A DNA stretch of 55,662 bases, taken from Squalus acanthias. Its lineage: Eukaryota. The stretch covers positions 23,816,339-23,872,000 of the forward strand of contig CM059446.1 of the NCBI GenBank assembly GCA_030390025.1, given 5' to 3'. Positions 12,850-25,464 of this stretch are shown here, in pieces; positions within the stretch are counted from its first letter, which is position 1; every line of letters begins with the position of its first letter. The translations under genes were made by a program, and so were the position numbers. A model generated the notes under the pieces. It saw nothing but the letters and a program-made list of their open reading frames with translations. It was not told the DNA's origin and ran no database searches.

Positions 12850-13538
12850 CTGTGGCATAGAGAAAGAGAGAAAGGAGGAGAAGAGCAAGGGATTAGGGAA
12901 TATGGCCTCCACTCTCCTGACCTTATAACTGTATAACACACAAACCAACCAATGCATTACCCAAATGACAAGGCCCAAATAATCCCCAATTGATCTGTTG
13001 CTACGACAACAAAGAGAGGAAGCTGCTTTGCACATTGGTTTCTGAAGCATTAAGACCCTTAAGATGGCTACCCTTTACACATCAAACGAACTTTGCCCTT
13101 TCTGGGTTAGGAAACTATATATGAAACCAAAGCAACCTACTCATTAGTGTAGATTTGACAGACCACATTCTCTGGGGGAGGATCACTTGGGTAGCACCAC
13201 ATTATAATACCAATGCCTCACTGTGGTCTACCAAATTAGGACCAGCCCATTAAACGACGTGTACTCAGAGAATTATCCCCTGTAACTGTCGGCACATACT
13301 CGCACCTACAGAGCCCTGGATGTCTGTCGAAGCAGAGCTAGATGGAGAATATTCTTTGTCCAATTTCAAAATTGTCAACCAAAGGTTGAAATTAACTATC
13401 TGTTATCTTAAAAACCACACATTTCTAAAATTAACTAACGCTGAGGGTTAAGTGTATGGTATTAACGTGTTTAACAGTAAAATGTCTGAAGTATGTGTTA
13501 AGTAGGCCAAATGACTGCTGCTGTTGCTAGAAGCCTAC

Positions 13539-13575
13539 CTTGATCTTTTCATAGCATCCTCATCTGGATCTTGCA
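13539..13575 (-). CDS. LDB3: LDB3 37-nt exon (LQDPDEDAMKRS)
   Basis: Acceptor TCTTCTGTTTTGCAG|, donor AAG|GTAGGC; phase 1 to 2. Human equivalent is MQDPDEEALRRS. Confidence 0.95.
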
Positions 13576-15384
13576 CTGCAAAACAGAAGATGTAAATGAA
13601 TTACCATGCCCAATCAAACAAGCCTATGCTCCTTGACATCCACAGGGCTCCAAGTTAAACGGGGATCCTAATGGTCCGCTTACAGCGGGAGTTTCATTAG
13701 AAGATGGCAGCGGTGCCAGTTCTAAATGTCTGAGGGTTCAGTCTTCATGAAACTTAACCTCAGCGATGGGTCTAAACACCGTCGAATCACAACATGGGCA
13801 AAGCTTTGGCAGCAATAGGGAAGAGATTACAACATCTGCACAGAGAGCAGCTAAGGTTCAGTTTGGTGAATACCGTTACCGGCATCTTACAGCAATACCA
13901 AAGGATGAAAAACTAAACTTAACCTTGTATCTTGGTGAGCTAGATTTGAATCCAAAAGGATAAAGGGTGGTGTCTAATCAATTGTCCCACCCAATCCCAT
14001 CAGAGAGAGATGACCATTCTACTCTCTTCCTGGGTGCACTGAAGCCAGGCTCCAGCAGGTTATCACACTGCACCACCCAGTTCCATTAGAAACAAGCCCA
14101 GGATTCCTATGAAGGCTTCACATTTCTGCTTAAAAAGGGAAGAGAACAACTAAGATGAGAACTTCATGGTGAAAAATTCATGACGTACATTAGAACGGGA
14201 CCGTTAGATCAGACACACAAATGTAGGATTTACTCTTGCAGTTTTACAGAAGTTTTCCATTTCTGTTTTCACTAAAGTGGATTTATTTCACGTGGTATAT
14301 AACAAATACTTCAAAATGGCAGATGGATAATTAAAAAAAATAAAGGGTGCACAGAATATATTACACTGCACTACTGTTAACTTGGAGACCTGTGTATGAC
14401 AAGAGAGTGGTGAGAGAGATGGCAAAAGAGAAGAATATTTATAAAATAATCACTTTATAACTAGCTCATTACCTTTGAGTCCCGACATATTTCAGGATTT
14501 TAAAAACTTATTTTTGGGTGGGGAAAAATTGCAATTTCAGAATTTTTACATCAAAATGTGCAGTAAGAGCAAACCTGTAATTTTCTCCTGCTGATATCAT
14601 TCCTCTATTATTAATTTGTTAAACCCCCTCAATGCCTGCTCACCTGTGCACTCTGCTCAGTGGCAATCTGCACCACATCCCATCATAGCAGGAATGGTAG
14701 ATCTGCTACAATGTGGCTGCTCACTGGGATCAATGCTGCAACTGTACTGGGTCCCTAACTGGCGATGACTTCCATACATGCATTGGCTAGATGTTGATGC
14801 TCATATAACACTCATGCATCCAGATGAGAGATGAGCAAATGGAGCCAAAACACAGCTTCTTGGCTTTCAGCCCCTCAATTTCAACTCTCCCTTCCCCCAC
14901 TTTGTAATATTCCTTCAACTCCTTAGTCCCCACAAGTTGTGTCCCCTTTCTTCTACCGAGACAACAGGCGGAGAAGCTGCTCTCGGACTTCTGCTAGTCT
15001 TGCTCTTAAACTGGCTACTGGAACTTGTAACAGATTCTAGGGGAGTTGCTCCAAACGCTGGAGGAGAGAGCAGAGATCCTAGCCATTCAGATTGACACTA
15101 CCATTTGCACTTGCCTCCAGCTCAATAAAAGCACATCTACTCATCCCCATCATTTACCCTTGAGCACCACAGTACAGAAATCATCAGGAACACATTACCT
15201 CCAGGGAACAAGCAAATAATTGTCAATAGTAATTAACCTCAACCCTCCTTACAACATCCCTTGGGATTGAACCATTTTGTGTCCGCCCATTGGTGCCGGG
15301 CCTGCGAGCTGCGGGTGTTAGGTGGGCGCCGCATTGCAGCTCACCGGTTCTGGGAGGGTGGGAATCACGTTGTGCCAGCCAGCA

Positions 15385-15600
15385 GGTAAAGCTCCCTCTA
15401 CATTGCCCCATCAAGCACCCCGGGTCGGGTATAGTGTGGGTTAGATCAAAGGCAAAACTCCTTCAGCACTGGCAAATCAAGCACTTGCAGATCAGGCACA
15501 GAGTAAAGTTCCCTCTTCTCTGTCCCATCAAGCACTTCTAGGTCAGTTGCAGTAAAGGTTAGCTGCAGAGTAAAGCTCCCTCTACTCTGCCTGATAGTGT
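15385..15600 (+). repeat. Degenerate ~60-65 bp tandem repeat
   Basis: gtaaagctccctcta...cccatcaagcac recurs 3-4 times; solo relatives near 26725-26790 and 37535-37580. Confidence 0.7.
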
Positions 15601-15893
15601 GCTTCAGTGCCAACCTCATAGAAGCACCCCCGACTGCACCATTTCCCATAGTGAGACTGATCACTTGGTGTCAATTACAGCCCGTTTCATTCTGTGGACC
15701 TGTACCCAGTGAGCACTGGGCGAATACTACAGCAGCTCACTTAGGACCTGCAGAAAGAGAGGAGACTTTCATCTCACCAGTCTGGGCTGGATCTAACTCC
15801 AGGTATCATTAGTAATGGGGTAGCTGGCTAATTAAATGCACCACTCACTTCTCCCCATTTAACTTAACAGAATGGAAGCTTTTCTATACTTAC

Positions 15894-16075
15894 AGTATTC
15901 CGTTCCAGTCATCTGAGCAAGGACCCGGAAAGATTTGGACTGCAAATTGGCAGCCCTGCGGGTCCACTCATCCAGCTCCTGCTGGTGAGTCTGATGGGGC
16001 TTGTTAGTGTTACGAATGACAGCCTGGTAGACTGGAGAGGCACTGTCCACTAGAGCATCTTTAACATGTAGGTTA
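15894..16075 (-). CDS. LDB3: LDB3 shared exon, 182 nt ([60 protein letters not shown])
   Basis: Acceptor TGTGTTATTGCAG|, donor ACT|GTAAGT; phase 2 to 1. Overlaps ORF 15859..16050 and closely matches LDB3. Confidence 0.97.
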
Positions 16076-17959
16076 CTGCAATAACACAGAGAGTTTCATT
16101 TTACAATAACACTTCCCAACTCCCAGCCTATCACCGTGACTCCTCACCACTGCCAACCCCAGCATCTACCACAGGTCTGTGGTGGAGTCTATTCAGGTGC
16201 AGCAAAACATTTTCTAGCTCTGCTCTGGGCAACTCAGTTCTAAGGGTCTGTAGATTCCCTTTGGCCAATAACAAAACAGGTTTTTTTTGGCAAGGATTCA
16301 GAACCCTGGCATGTTTGCCCATCGTCTCTCCCCCAAGGGGTTTCCCAACTTCGGCCATCAAGAATGCTGGGTAAGCCCTCTAAGGCCTGTGCTGGTGATG
16401 CTCCAAAGCAGGTCACTGGGAGGACCACAGTGGTACCCTGGGGTGGCTGCCCTCCAGTTTAAAGCAGGCAACTTTTGTTTGTCACTTCCTCTGGGATGCT
16501 CAGTGACACTGTATGTTCCAGCTCAAACATTACCCTACCAGTCATCTGCTTTGCACAAAATACATATCTTAAAAGTACAAATGTGCAAAATTTGATTTAA
16601 AAAAATAAAATATTCTAGATCTTGAAATACAGCAGGCCTTTTATCAACAAGCTTGAACTAACATCTAAAATTCAATCGTATCCAGGTGTGTTGGAGTCAG
16701 GATGGAGTAGTTTGTAACTTTATTGTTGGACATGTGGTAGAGTTCTCAATGGTTTATCAATACATTTATGGCCCATTCAGTAAACTTACAGAAGGGTCAA
16801 GAATGGAATTAAACAAACCAAATAGCAGCTAAAAGAACTCAGCTCAGATTGAAGGTGGATTTCACGCACGCTCCCTCCCCTTGCTATTGGTTCCAAGGGT
16901 AAAAGCACTGGCTGGTGTGGTGCCACTAAGTACAGACCAGGAAATACTGGTCTATGCTGAGGTAGCTGATATTTCCCAGGGTAGCAGTAGGGGTGCCCCT
17001 AGACAGGGAGAGAGGAAATCTTCAAGATAATAAACTTATTCCCCCCTCCATCCCTCCCCAAAAAAGTTGTACGTCAATAATCTTATCTGGTCCCATGAGA
17101 GATATTCCAATTCTTCTCTCAAAAAAACATATATTCCCCACCTTCAAAAAAAAGAGACATTCGGCTTTCTTTTCCGTTCTCTACAATTTGTATACGCACA
17201 AGTTTAAACTTCTACAACGGCGGTGGTTCCATTCAATTACTTCACATTTAATGACTATGGTGAACACCCTCGCTTCACACACCTGGTGCACAGAGTCAAG
17301 TCCCAGTGGCAGCCGACCGTTAAATGGGCAGTACGTCTAGCGGCCAGGTGGTAGGCTGAGTGGAGCCACTGGAGTTGTGGAGGAAGGGAGGGGAAAAAAA
17401 TCTGTTGTCTCTAAACGGTGCTTTCTGTGGGCTTAGTGCAGAGCGGCACTTCTGATGGTGGTTGTGGAGCAGTGAGTTGGCCAACTTACTCAGCTGTCAA
17501 GGTAACAGAAGGATTGGAGAGCAAGGGGGAAGAAGGAGGAGAAGAGAGATGATGGGAAATTAAAAGGTATGTGGCATGTGGGCTAACTTTATATGAAGTC
17601 AATCCTTGAAATCTTTTCAGTTAAGTACTCACCTCCACATCACTGGTGGGTCACCTGTTGGTCTGTTCCAGATTGGGGTTCATCAGATGGTTGTAGGCAG
17701 CTCTAAAGGCAAATTCTAGCAAAATGGCCGCATTCTTCTAGGTTGTCTATGGATGCTTACAGATAACATGCGGATCTCCTGGACACATTCCCCTCCCCCC
17801 CGCTTCCTGCAGGTGCCAATGAACAGGGACAAGAGCACGGTGAGCGACTAACCAAATCATGTCCAGCGTCCAGACACTGACTGCACTCTTCGGACCAGTC
17901 ACTGCAGGTAAGTTTTTAACCCTCCCCATTTCTTGAAAGGGGTGGGCGGAATTCCCCCT

Positions 17960-18052
17960 CGAGCCTGCTCTGCCATTCAATAAGATCATGGCTGATCTTC
18001 TACCTCAACTCCCCTTTCCCGCCCTATCCCCATATCCCTCGATTCCCTTAGT
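17960..18052 (-). mobile_element. CR1 3' tail fragment
   Basis: Reverse complement of the gatcagccatgatcttattgaatggc tail seen at 32507-32540. Confidence 0.8.
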
Positions 18053-20394
18053 GGATAAGAAATGGAATGTGCGTAATCGTGATGCTGCTGTGTCCATCCA
18101 GCGCACTTCCGTGAAGGCAAAACAACCCACTGGCAAAGAAAAGAAGTTGCCGTCAACCCAGGGATTCGGAGTTTGGATTCCAGCCTCAACTCATCTTCAG
18201 ATTTGCTCCCTGCCACATAAGTGCAGTTTTGTTCACCTATAATTTGGGCCTCGATCACACGGGTGTAAGTGAGGCTCCTAAACTGAATCAGGCCAAGATA
18301 TTCTGGGAACACAAATTCATTCTGTATGATAAATGTCCCAGGCACATTGGAGCCATCTAAACGGAATAGAGAGTTTATAGTAATGATGTAACTTTTTAAA
18401 CTGCGCTAAGTATTGAAACTAAAAGTGGACTGCGAAGCATTGATGGGTGGGACTGAGAGGCAATTACCTGTGCAGTAAAGAGGACCGGGAAATATTACAA
18501 ATAGCTGCCAGTCTCGGCTTGTTAGGCCAATAACACTTCCAACAAGTTGGAACCTTTAAGTAAAGTACCGAGACACTGAAAATTAAAACCAGTCAGTATT
18601 TTACAGTCGCTAAGGGGCTGAGAATCAGGACTGAAATATCAGATGAACTTCCAAAACAGAAAATAAAATTGGATTCCATCAAGTACTGGGACAATCATCA
18701 GTCAATGCAACCCTAATGGACAGTCACCCAGCCGAACCTTCCTTAGCAGCCAACAGTCAGTAAATGAATAGAAAAGAAGAACTGCAGTCAATCACGTGGT
18801 CAAAGGAACGTCAGTACCTCAGGTAAATTATCAGTGAACAATTATAGGCAGTGTGTGTAACATGTGACCCAAACGAGAATAGGCTACAAGTTTTAAATCT
18901 TCAGAGTCAGCCTTCAAACATCGCAGTTTTGCTATATAACTCACACCCTGTCCACTATCAGAGGCTGGACCACTGATAGCTCGCTCTGTGCTCTACTGAC
19001 CAGCCCTCAAAGATGTGTAAGATACACACACTAACTCACTCTCAGTGACCGTTACTCAGTACATCTAACCAGCACATGTTTTGCATTCTGAAGATTACTT
19101 TCATTGTCACTTCTCTTTAATCACTTTTGCCTAAAGTCCCACTGGCTGTTGGCAATGCCCAGTTGCTGCCACTTCATGCCCAGACAGGCTTTACCATCAG
19201 TTTGTTGGTGCAAACTTCAGCCTGATGGAGTGTCTGTGGCTTCCTCTGGAAAGGTCAATGGCACCGGAAAAAAAAGGGCCGACTGCTTGTCTGAAGATTT
19301 TATTATAAAACTGTTGAGCGCAATAGTTTGACAGCACCACAGTGAAGCCCCGTCACTATCCCCGTCAATAGGGAACATCACCAACGAGAAAGCCAGCAGA
19401 TACACAGGAGTAGATCGTACAGACAGCCTCGCAATTGTTTTTACTTTATTCGCTGTACATATTTCACAGAAATATAGTCAACTTCCATTAAGCAGATGTC
19501 AGTAGAATTACTAAGCGATATTGGAATAACATACTCTTTCCAAAATATGTATATAACGGGCTAATTTGGAAAGGAAATTCCTTTATGGTTAGGTAGGACA
19601 GCCCCAACTCAAGTTTTCAGTCTCCAACCATCTTACATCCCTCCTACATGACCCCTTCCCCCTCTCCCCAATGTCCCTATAGATGACATTACCAATTCCC
19701 AGCGATATCTTGTTGCATTTTAGGCAACTGTGTCTCTTTCACCATCCTTGTTGTCCTTTTTGACAACATTGAAACTTTTTCTTTGCAAAGTTCAGTCTAA
19801 AAGCACAGCTCTCTGCCAATTGGTGACATACTGTTTCTTTTGGGGTAAATGTACTGTGACGTTTGTCCCCCTCAGGTACACAACCTTATGATTAAACAAC
19901 CTGTAACACTGGTTGCACACAACGTTCCAACAAAACAGGCTCCACCCTTTAACTCAAGACATTCTTGAGTGCATTCCTGATTATAGTCCACTCCAAAACA
20001 TCAGAGCAATTGTAATGTATACAAAAGTTAATTTTCTCACAGGTAGGTTCTTAACCACGACACAAAACATTGACCGTGGTAGTTAGCTCAGGTTAGCAAA
20101 CATCAAAAACAAATGAATTTCTGGCTTTGCTAGTGAAAGAGTCAAGAGTCCAGGGAAACCTATAGACTAGCTCAATGATTTTAATATAAGAGTATATATT
20201 GCACACTCAATTCCACATTCCATGCAGCATGGTGGAGAACTTTAAGGGCAGACATCAGCATTTTAGGTTTACACTGATTTTTACCACATTAAATCAAGTG
20301 CAAAAAAAATTCCTGGAACAATAATTCATATACCATAATTTTTCGGGCCAGTATTTGAACTCATCCAATGGTGTGTTGAAGGTACGTGTTAGGA

Positions 20395-21170
20395 ATGTAG
20401 GACATTTTAGGAACTGGAAAGAACATTTGGTCCGACAAGCCCACCAAGTTGTGGTTAAGCTGGAATCCACCTTCCCACCACATCTCTACAAACACATCTA
20501 GTTATCTCTCTGAAACAACAACAGAAAACGCTGGAAAAAATCAGCAGGCCAGGCAGCATCCGTGGAGAGAGTAACAGAGTTAACGTTTCAGGTCGAAGAC
20601 CTTTCGTCAGAAGTTATCTCTCTGGCCCATTTATACCATTGACTTCGCTGGTACCTTATTCCATTAGTCTATTATTGTGTGTGAAATAGATTGGCCAGAC
20701 TTCTCTGTTTTCTTCTAAGTTTCCCAAATTTGAAATCTTTGTCAGTGGGATCTAAATGTCAAGATCAACTTTGTTGCTGTCCCTTCATATCTCCTTTCTG
20801 ATAAAAGCATGTCCAGTTTCACTAACCTTTCCTGACCTTTAAACTCCCGAGACCAAAGATTAACTGTTGCCCTACACTTTATCCTCTCTTGGGCTATAAC
20901 ATCTTTCCTATGGTATGCAAGCAATACTCCAGGTGTAATCCAACAAACCTGTTCTTCTCATATCTACTGGTTTCTTCGAATTTGCATTCTGCCCCTCTAC
21001 AAATGCAATCCAATACCTTGTTTGCCTAACTCATTGATGACTTTCACAATGACCATAAATTCACTTTCCCAATGAATATGCTGCATGACTGTCCCATTCA
21101 AACCATATTCTAGTTCCTTACTAGTTATTTTATGTTTATCTACATTAAACTGTGCTTGCCATTGATGGTT
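20395..21170 (-). mobile_element. Old, decayed CR1 LINE 3' region
   Basis: Remnant RT C-terminal peptides on the minus strand (WQAQFNVDK; NLWSREFK..ERL..LDML) with stops and frameshifts. Confidence 0.55.
20513..20611 (-). mobile_element. Penelope-like terminal repeat fragment with hammerhead core, flanked by a 13-bp direct repeat
   Basis: Minus strand reads CTGACGAAAGGTCTTCGACCTGAAACGTTAACTCTG...gatgctgcctggcctgctga. agttatctctctg occurs at 20500-20512 and 20612-20624. Penelope assignment is from recall and from the motif. Confidence 0.65.
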
Positions 21171-21948
21171 CAAGATGCAATTTTTTTTTAAATCGGATCT
21201 GATTGCAATGTGAATAGAATGCCTATAAAACAACAATTCTGAAACATAGTCTATAAGAAACATGATCTCTAAGTAAAACAAATAGCTGATGATTTTCCAC
21301 CTTTGTCCCCTTTTGTGGGTTTCGGGAAATACATAATGAGAGGCAACTGCACACAATGCCCTCATTATTGGATAACCAACCAGTGGTTAGCTTTATATTG
21401 TAGCACCTCACTCGGGCACAGACAGACTGAGCTCCCTCTCTACAATGCAAGCTTCCAAGCTAGGAGGCAGGTGAGCTAGTGCAACAGGCTGCTCAGGTAC
21501 AAAACCATGACTGGTTGGCAGCAGTGCCACACTACTTCGCATGACACCAGGGTTCCTTGTGCCCCATTCAATTACAACTACTGCGACTAGCATCAAACAG
21601 CTGGCAGCAGAAGTTTCGCACCATCTCCCAAAGGTCTTGATGCTGGCACAGGTCTGATAATCTAACAGTCTAACAAATGATCACCCTCTGAATGTACTCA
21701 TTGGTGGTGGTGGGGGTGAGGAAGGTGAAGTACTTTTACAAAATATTCCTGGAATTTTTTTTCTAAAAATAGAAAACCAAAAATGAAGATGTCACGACAC
21801 AATTTCAATGTAAAATGGCAAGGAACCAAGAAAGGGGAAACTCCCACCTCACGTGTGTGTGATTGAAATGGTGTCTCTGGCCCATGTGAGTTTAGTACAG
21901 ATTTGGTTAAGAAACGATAGTCTGGTTACGAAAGATGGACCTACTTAC

Positions 21949-21969
21949 GCAAATGGAGGTTCAGGGCCA
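21949..21969 (-). CDS. LDB3: LDB3 21-nt microexon (S-GPEPPFA; probable Cypher exon 7 equivalent)
   Basis: Acceptor CTGACCCTCAG|, donor TGC|GTAAGT; phase 2-2 and in frame. Sits where the mouse skeletal ASPLA microexon sits, and also ends in Ala. Confidence 0.75.
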
Positions 21970-23912
21970 CTGAGGGTCAGATGATCAAACACCACCAGGG
22001 CATTGATCATTGGTATCCGTGATTATTAGGAGGTAGGTCGGTTTGATTGACGGGTAACAAAAAATGACAATGACAGTTGTGTGTTAGAAATGGGAATGGT
22101 GGAGGGGGTGAGTGGTGGGGGTGGGGGGGGGGTGGGGGTGGGGTTGGAGAAAGAGAAGCAACATACAATTAGAATAAAACACTGCTCTACCAATCAAAAT
22201 GAAAGAGTTGCAATACTAATCCCTGGTCTACAGAGGATATCACATTGGCAACAGTTCGAGAGGCTTCAGTGAGCCATCCACAGGGGAGATCACACAATTA
22301 TTGCAAGCGCTTACACCATGTAAACTGTTACCATAGTGATGGCACTGTCACCGCAGCATCAGGCAAGACCCGTTTCAGATATCACCGCAGTGTGGAAACC
22401 TCTGAAGAATGTTATACTATAAAGCATTTTTCCCCACAGTTTGAAAAATATGACCCTTGCATAAAAATCTTTTATATGACAATCGCACTTGTAACTTGGG
22501 ATTCATTTTTATTTCTTGTGTTCGATTCAAGTGGTGGACCATGTTTTGTACCCGGCAGATTCTGGCTTTACCAAGCTCTTCTCAAAGATAGATGTCAGTG
22601 ATTGACTAACATTTAAACCTGTAGTGGAGAATACATGGAATCCATGCTCATGGAGTACATGCCCCAATTATCGCTGGCTCTATGCAAGCACCATGGAGTC
22701 TTTCAAAACAAATCGAAGCCTGCGTCCAAATCTAGGTTTCTTTTTAAACAACAATACTTGATGATTTTCAGTAAGAATCTCATTCATAGTGTGGACTTTT
22801 AAGTCCCATCTAAAATCTAGCTAGGCCTCAAATTCCATTGATGGAGAAGGCCCACAGCCCCTTCCCCGGGGTCAAGGCTGCAAAGAAAGCAAGCACATGA
22901 CGACCTTCAACCTCTGACTGACCCCTGAGGAACCTCCTCGGCATGGGCGTGAAGGTGAAGGGGGAAACAGCTCCTCCCACAGTGCCCAACACCTGCAGCT
23001 CTCTGCTTAGATCCGCGCTGTGCACACACAGTCACACATACATAGACAGACACACAGGCTGCATTTACAGGAAGCTCCTAATGTGTCGCGGAACGCTTCT
23101 CGTTGTACTAGTTCAATGGGTTGCGTGAAGCTGCGGCACAGAGAGGCACACTCTCCCTGTAGTCGTGGGATCGAAGAATTCCTGAGCAAATTCTGAAAAC
23201 TAAGCTCATTCCTATCTGTAAACTGAAAATGGCTGTCTTATAAAAATCACACAAACCAGCCAGTATTTTACTGATCAGCGGTTGTCCCTTTGGTTTCGCT
23301 CAGACTCCTCCACCTGGGAGATCTGGTGTTGAACCCCAGCTCATGCCAGTCAGAGGGTTCTGCGGAGATGTGTAAATGTCTCAGGAACAATGCCCTTCGA
23401 TTTTGCCCTGTGTGTGGAGAGGCAGCCTGGCTGAGATTGGCAGTCGAGCAGCACCGGTCACAGGAGGGGGTGAAAGCAGGGAGGGAAGGTGGGATAAAAT
23501 ACATCGAACCCGCATCCCGTGGCTGCTGCAATCCAGTGCGCCAGAGGACTCACTGGCTCATGGTGGGGATGGATATTTCTCAGGCCAGACACCTCTCCAA
23601 GTGTCCAGGACTGTTTCTACTACCAGTCTACAGCTGCTTGCCAAGACTCCCACGGCAGATGGCTCTGCACAGCTTGAAAGGCCAGGTGTTCAGAGGAAGG
23701 AGTAAACCCATAAATGGCTCCCATCAGGCCAGAAGTTTACTTTTCATTGAACACCCTTTAATCAATCACTGTCCTTTAATTAAATGTTAATCATTTATTT
23801 TTCTGTGAAATGGTTTCATTTAATATACTCTCGTTTATGAATTTCAGAGACAGACAATGGCTCCTCAAGGTCTTTGTATGCAAGCAACAGATCTTAGTTT
23901 TTCTTGGCCTAC

Positions 23913-24116
23913 CTTGAAAGATCACTGCCCCTGGCATGAGCCTGGCCAGCAATGGCATCCATGATGGCATCTTGGGAGTACATGCTGATGGGGGTGTTAT
24001 ACTGGGCATGGATGATGGTGGCCTTCCCACCAGGGCCTTTCACTTCAATGGGCTTGTGTGTAGACAACACGGAGTCCTTCAGGACGTTGGGGTTGAAACG
24101 CTCCACATAGTCACTA
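23913..24116 (-). CDS. LDB3: LDB3 skeletal-type ZM exon, 204 nt (Cypher exon 6 equivalent)
   Basis: Encodes SDYVERFNPNVLKDSVLSTHKPIEVKGPGGKATIIHAQYNTPISMYSQDAIMDAIAGQAHARGSDLS. Long polypyrimidine tract then ACAG|; donor AAG|GTAGGC; phase 2-2. Confidence 0.97.
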
Positions 24117-24491
24117 CTGTTTGTGGGAGTGAGAAAGGAAAGGAGAGGAGAGGAGAGTAAAATGTGAAAGGAAGAGAACAATGCAGGGAAAAGTATAGCT
24201 AGTGATGGAGAGTGGTGGGGATGGGTAAGCAGAAGCTACTTATTCTAATTTTACATTGGATCTACATCCCCGTTTGCAAGTCCAAATGTAAGTCCCAGGA
24301 GGAAAAGACCACCTGCCAATCTTCCCTTTGCACCCCCACCCCAATTCTCTTACAATATTCTGAATATGGAATCCCCAGTGTATGTCGTTTTGGGCCCCTA
24401 CCTTCAAATGGCCACTGATGGGTTGGAGTAAAGGATGACAGGGTGATTTCGGGACTCATCTTAAAAATGGTCAAGTCTGCCCGTGACTCAC

Positions 24492-24572
24492 CGGAGGGGA
24501 GGAAAGGAGCAAGCACGGGGACAGCTCTGTCCGAACTCTTGCACTGGACAGCTGGAGGTACAGGAAGACACC
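24492..24572 (-). CDS. Candidate 81-nt in-frame cassette exon (VSSCTSSCPVQEFGQSCPRACSFPPL)
   Basis: Strong donor CCG|GTGAGT, acceptor CTCCAG|, and a long T-rich tract further upstream (~24625-24675). Phase 2-2 and stop-free in the LDB3 frame. Not recognised from known isoforms. Confidence 0.3.
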
Positions 24573-25464
24573 CTGGAGACCATCACCGTGTAGCCCCCTC
24601 AGTGGGGAGTGAACAGCCAAACACATTAAAAAAACAAAACAAAAAAGATAAACATAAACACAGAAGATAAAAAGCTCAATGGCCTGCAATGCCACCAAAG
24701 CTATACTTAAAATCCATGGTTCACAGTGATTTTAAAATAGGTTAATGGGGTCATGTCAGCAGAGAGGCCACAGATCTCACCCACTGTATTCCTGACCTCC
24801 ACCATCTCGAGGGAGACAGTTAGACAGACTTGGCAGCTTCCTGCTGGGGGTGGGGAGGGAACAATGCCCTTCGATAGAGTTCAGAGGGTAGGTCCCCCGG
24901 AGCCCAGTACCCCATGTCTCCATTTGCAGGGATTCGCTGGTGAAGGACAGTTAAGTCGGACGGACCCACTTAGTGGGAAACAAGGCTACAACCAGGGAGA
25001 CCTGCAGATACAGGAAAGAAGCAACCAAGTAACTGAAACCTCTGCTTATCCTTACCCAACATCTACATATTGTCAAGGGAAAGAGCAAGCCATGCAGGTC
25101 ACTAGCTGACTAGGAGTTGTTTAAAGGGGCCTTTAAAGTTTGTACTACATTCTATCAGCCCCTTCTCAAATAAAAATAGTCAAGTGATTTAAACATAACA
25201 GTTTCTTGCATTTGCTGTGGTAACTCGGCAGTACTTTCATGCAAGAAACCATCAGCAACTCAATTCCAGGATGTTGGAGAAAGCCTTCAGATGTAAAGAT
25301 GAAGGGGTGGAATGCCAACCGACCATTGCCTCTTCATTCTGCTGTCACCGGCACTTAAGTAAAACACTTCTGCTTTTCCCCTTTATGAGAGAAACTTGTT
25401 TTGCATCCCTGCCAGAGGCATTAAAATGCTGAGCTAGCATGGAACCCCTTTACCATGATCAGTC

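Noticed and set aside
17633-17702. Strong donor GAG|GTGAGT suggesting another exon
   Set aside because: Nearby acceptors give 70 or 68 nt, which would shift the frame in a phase 2-2 context, and there is no LDB3-like peptide.
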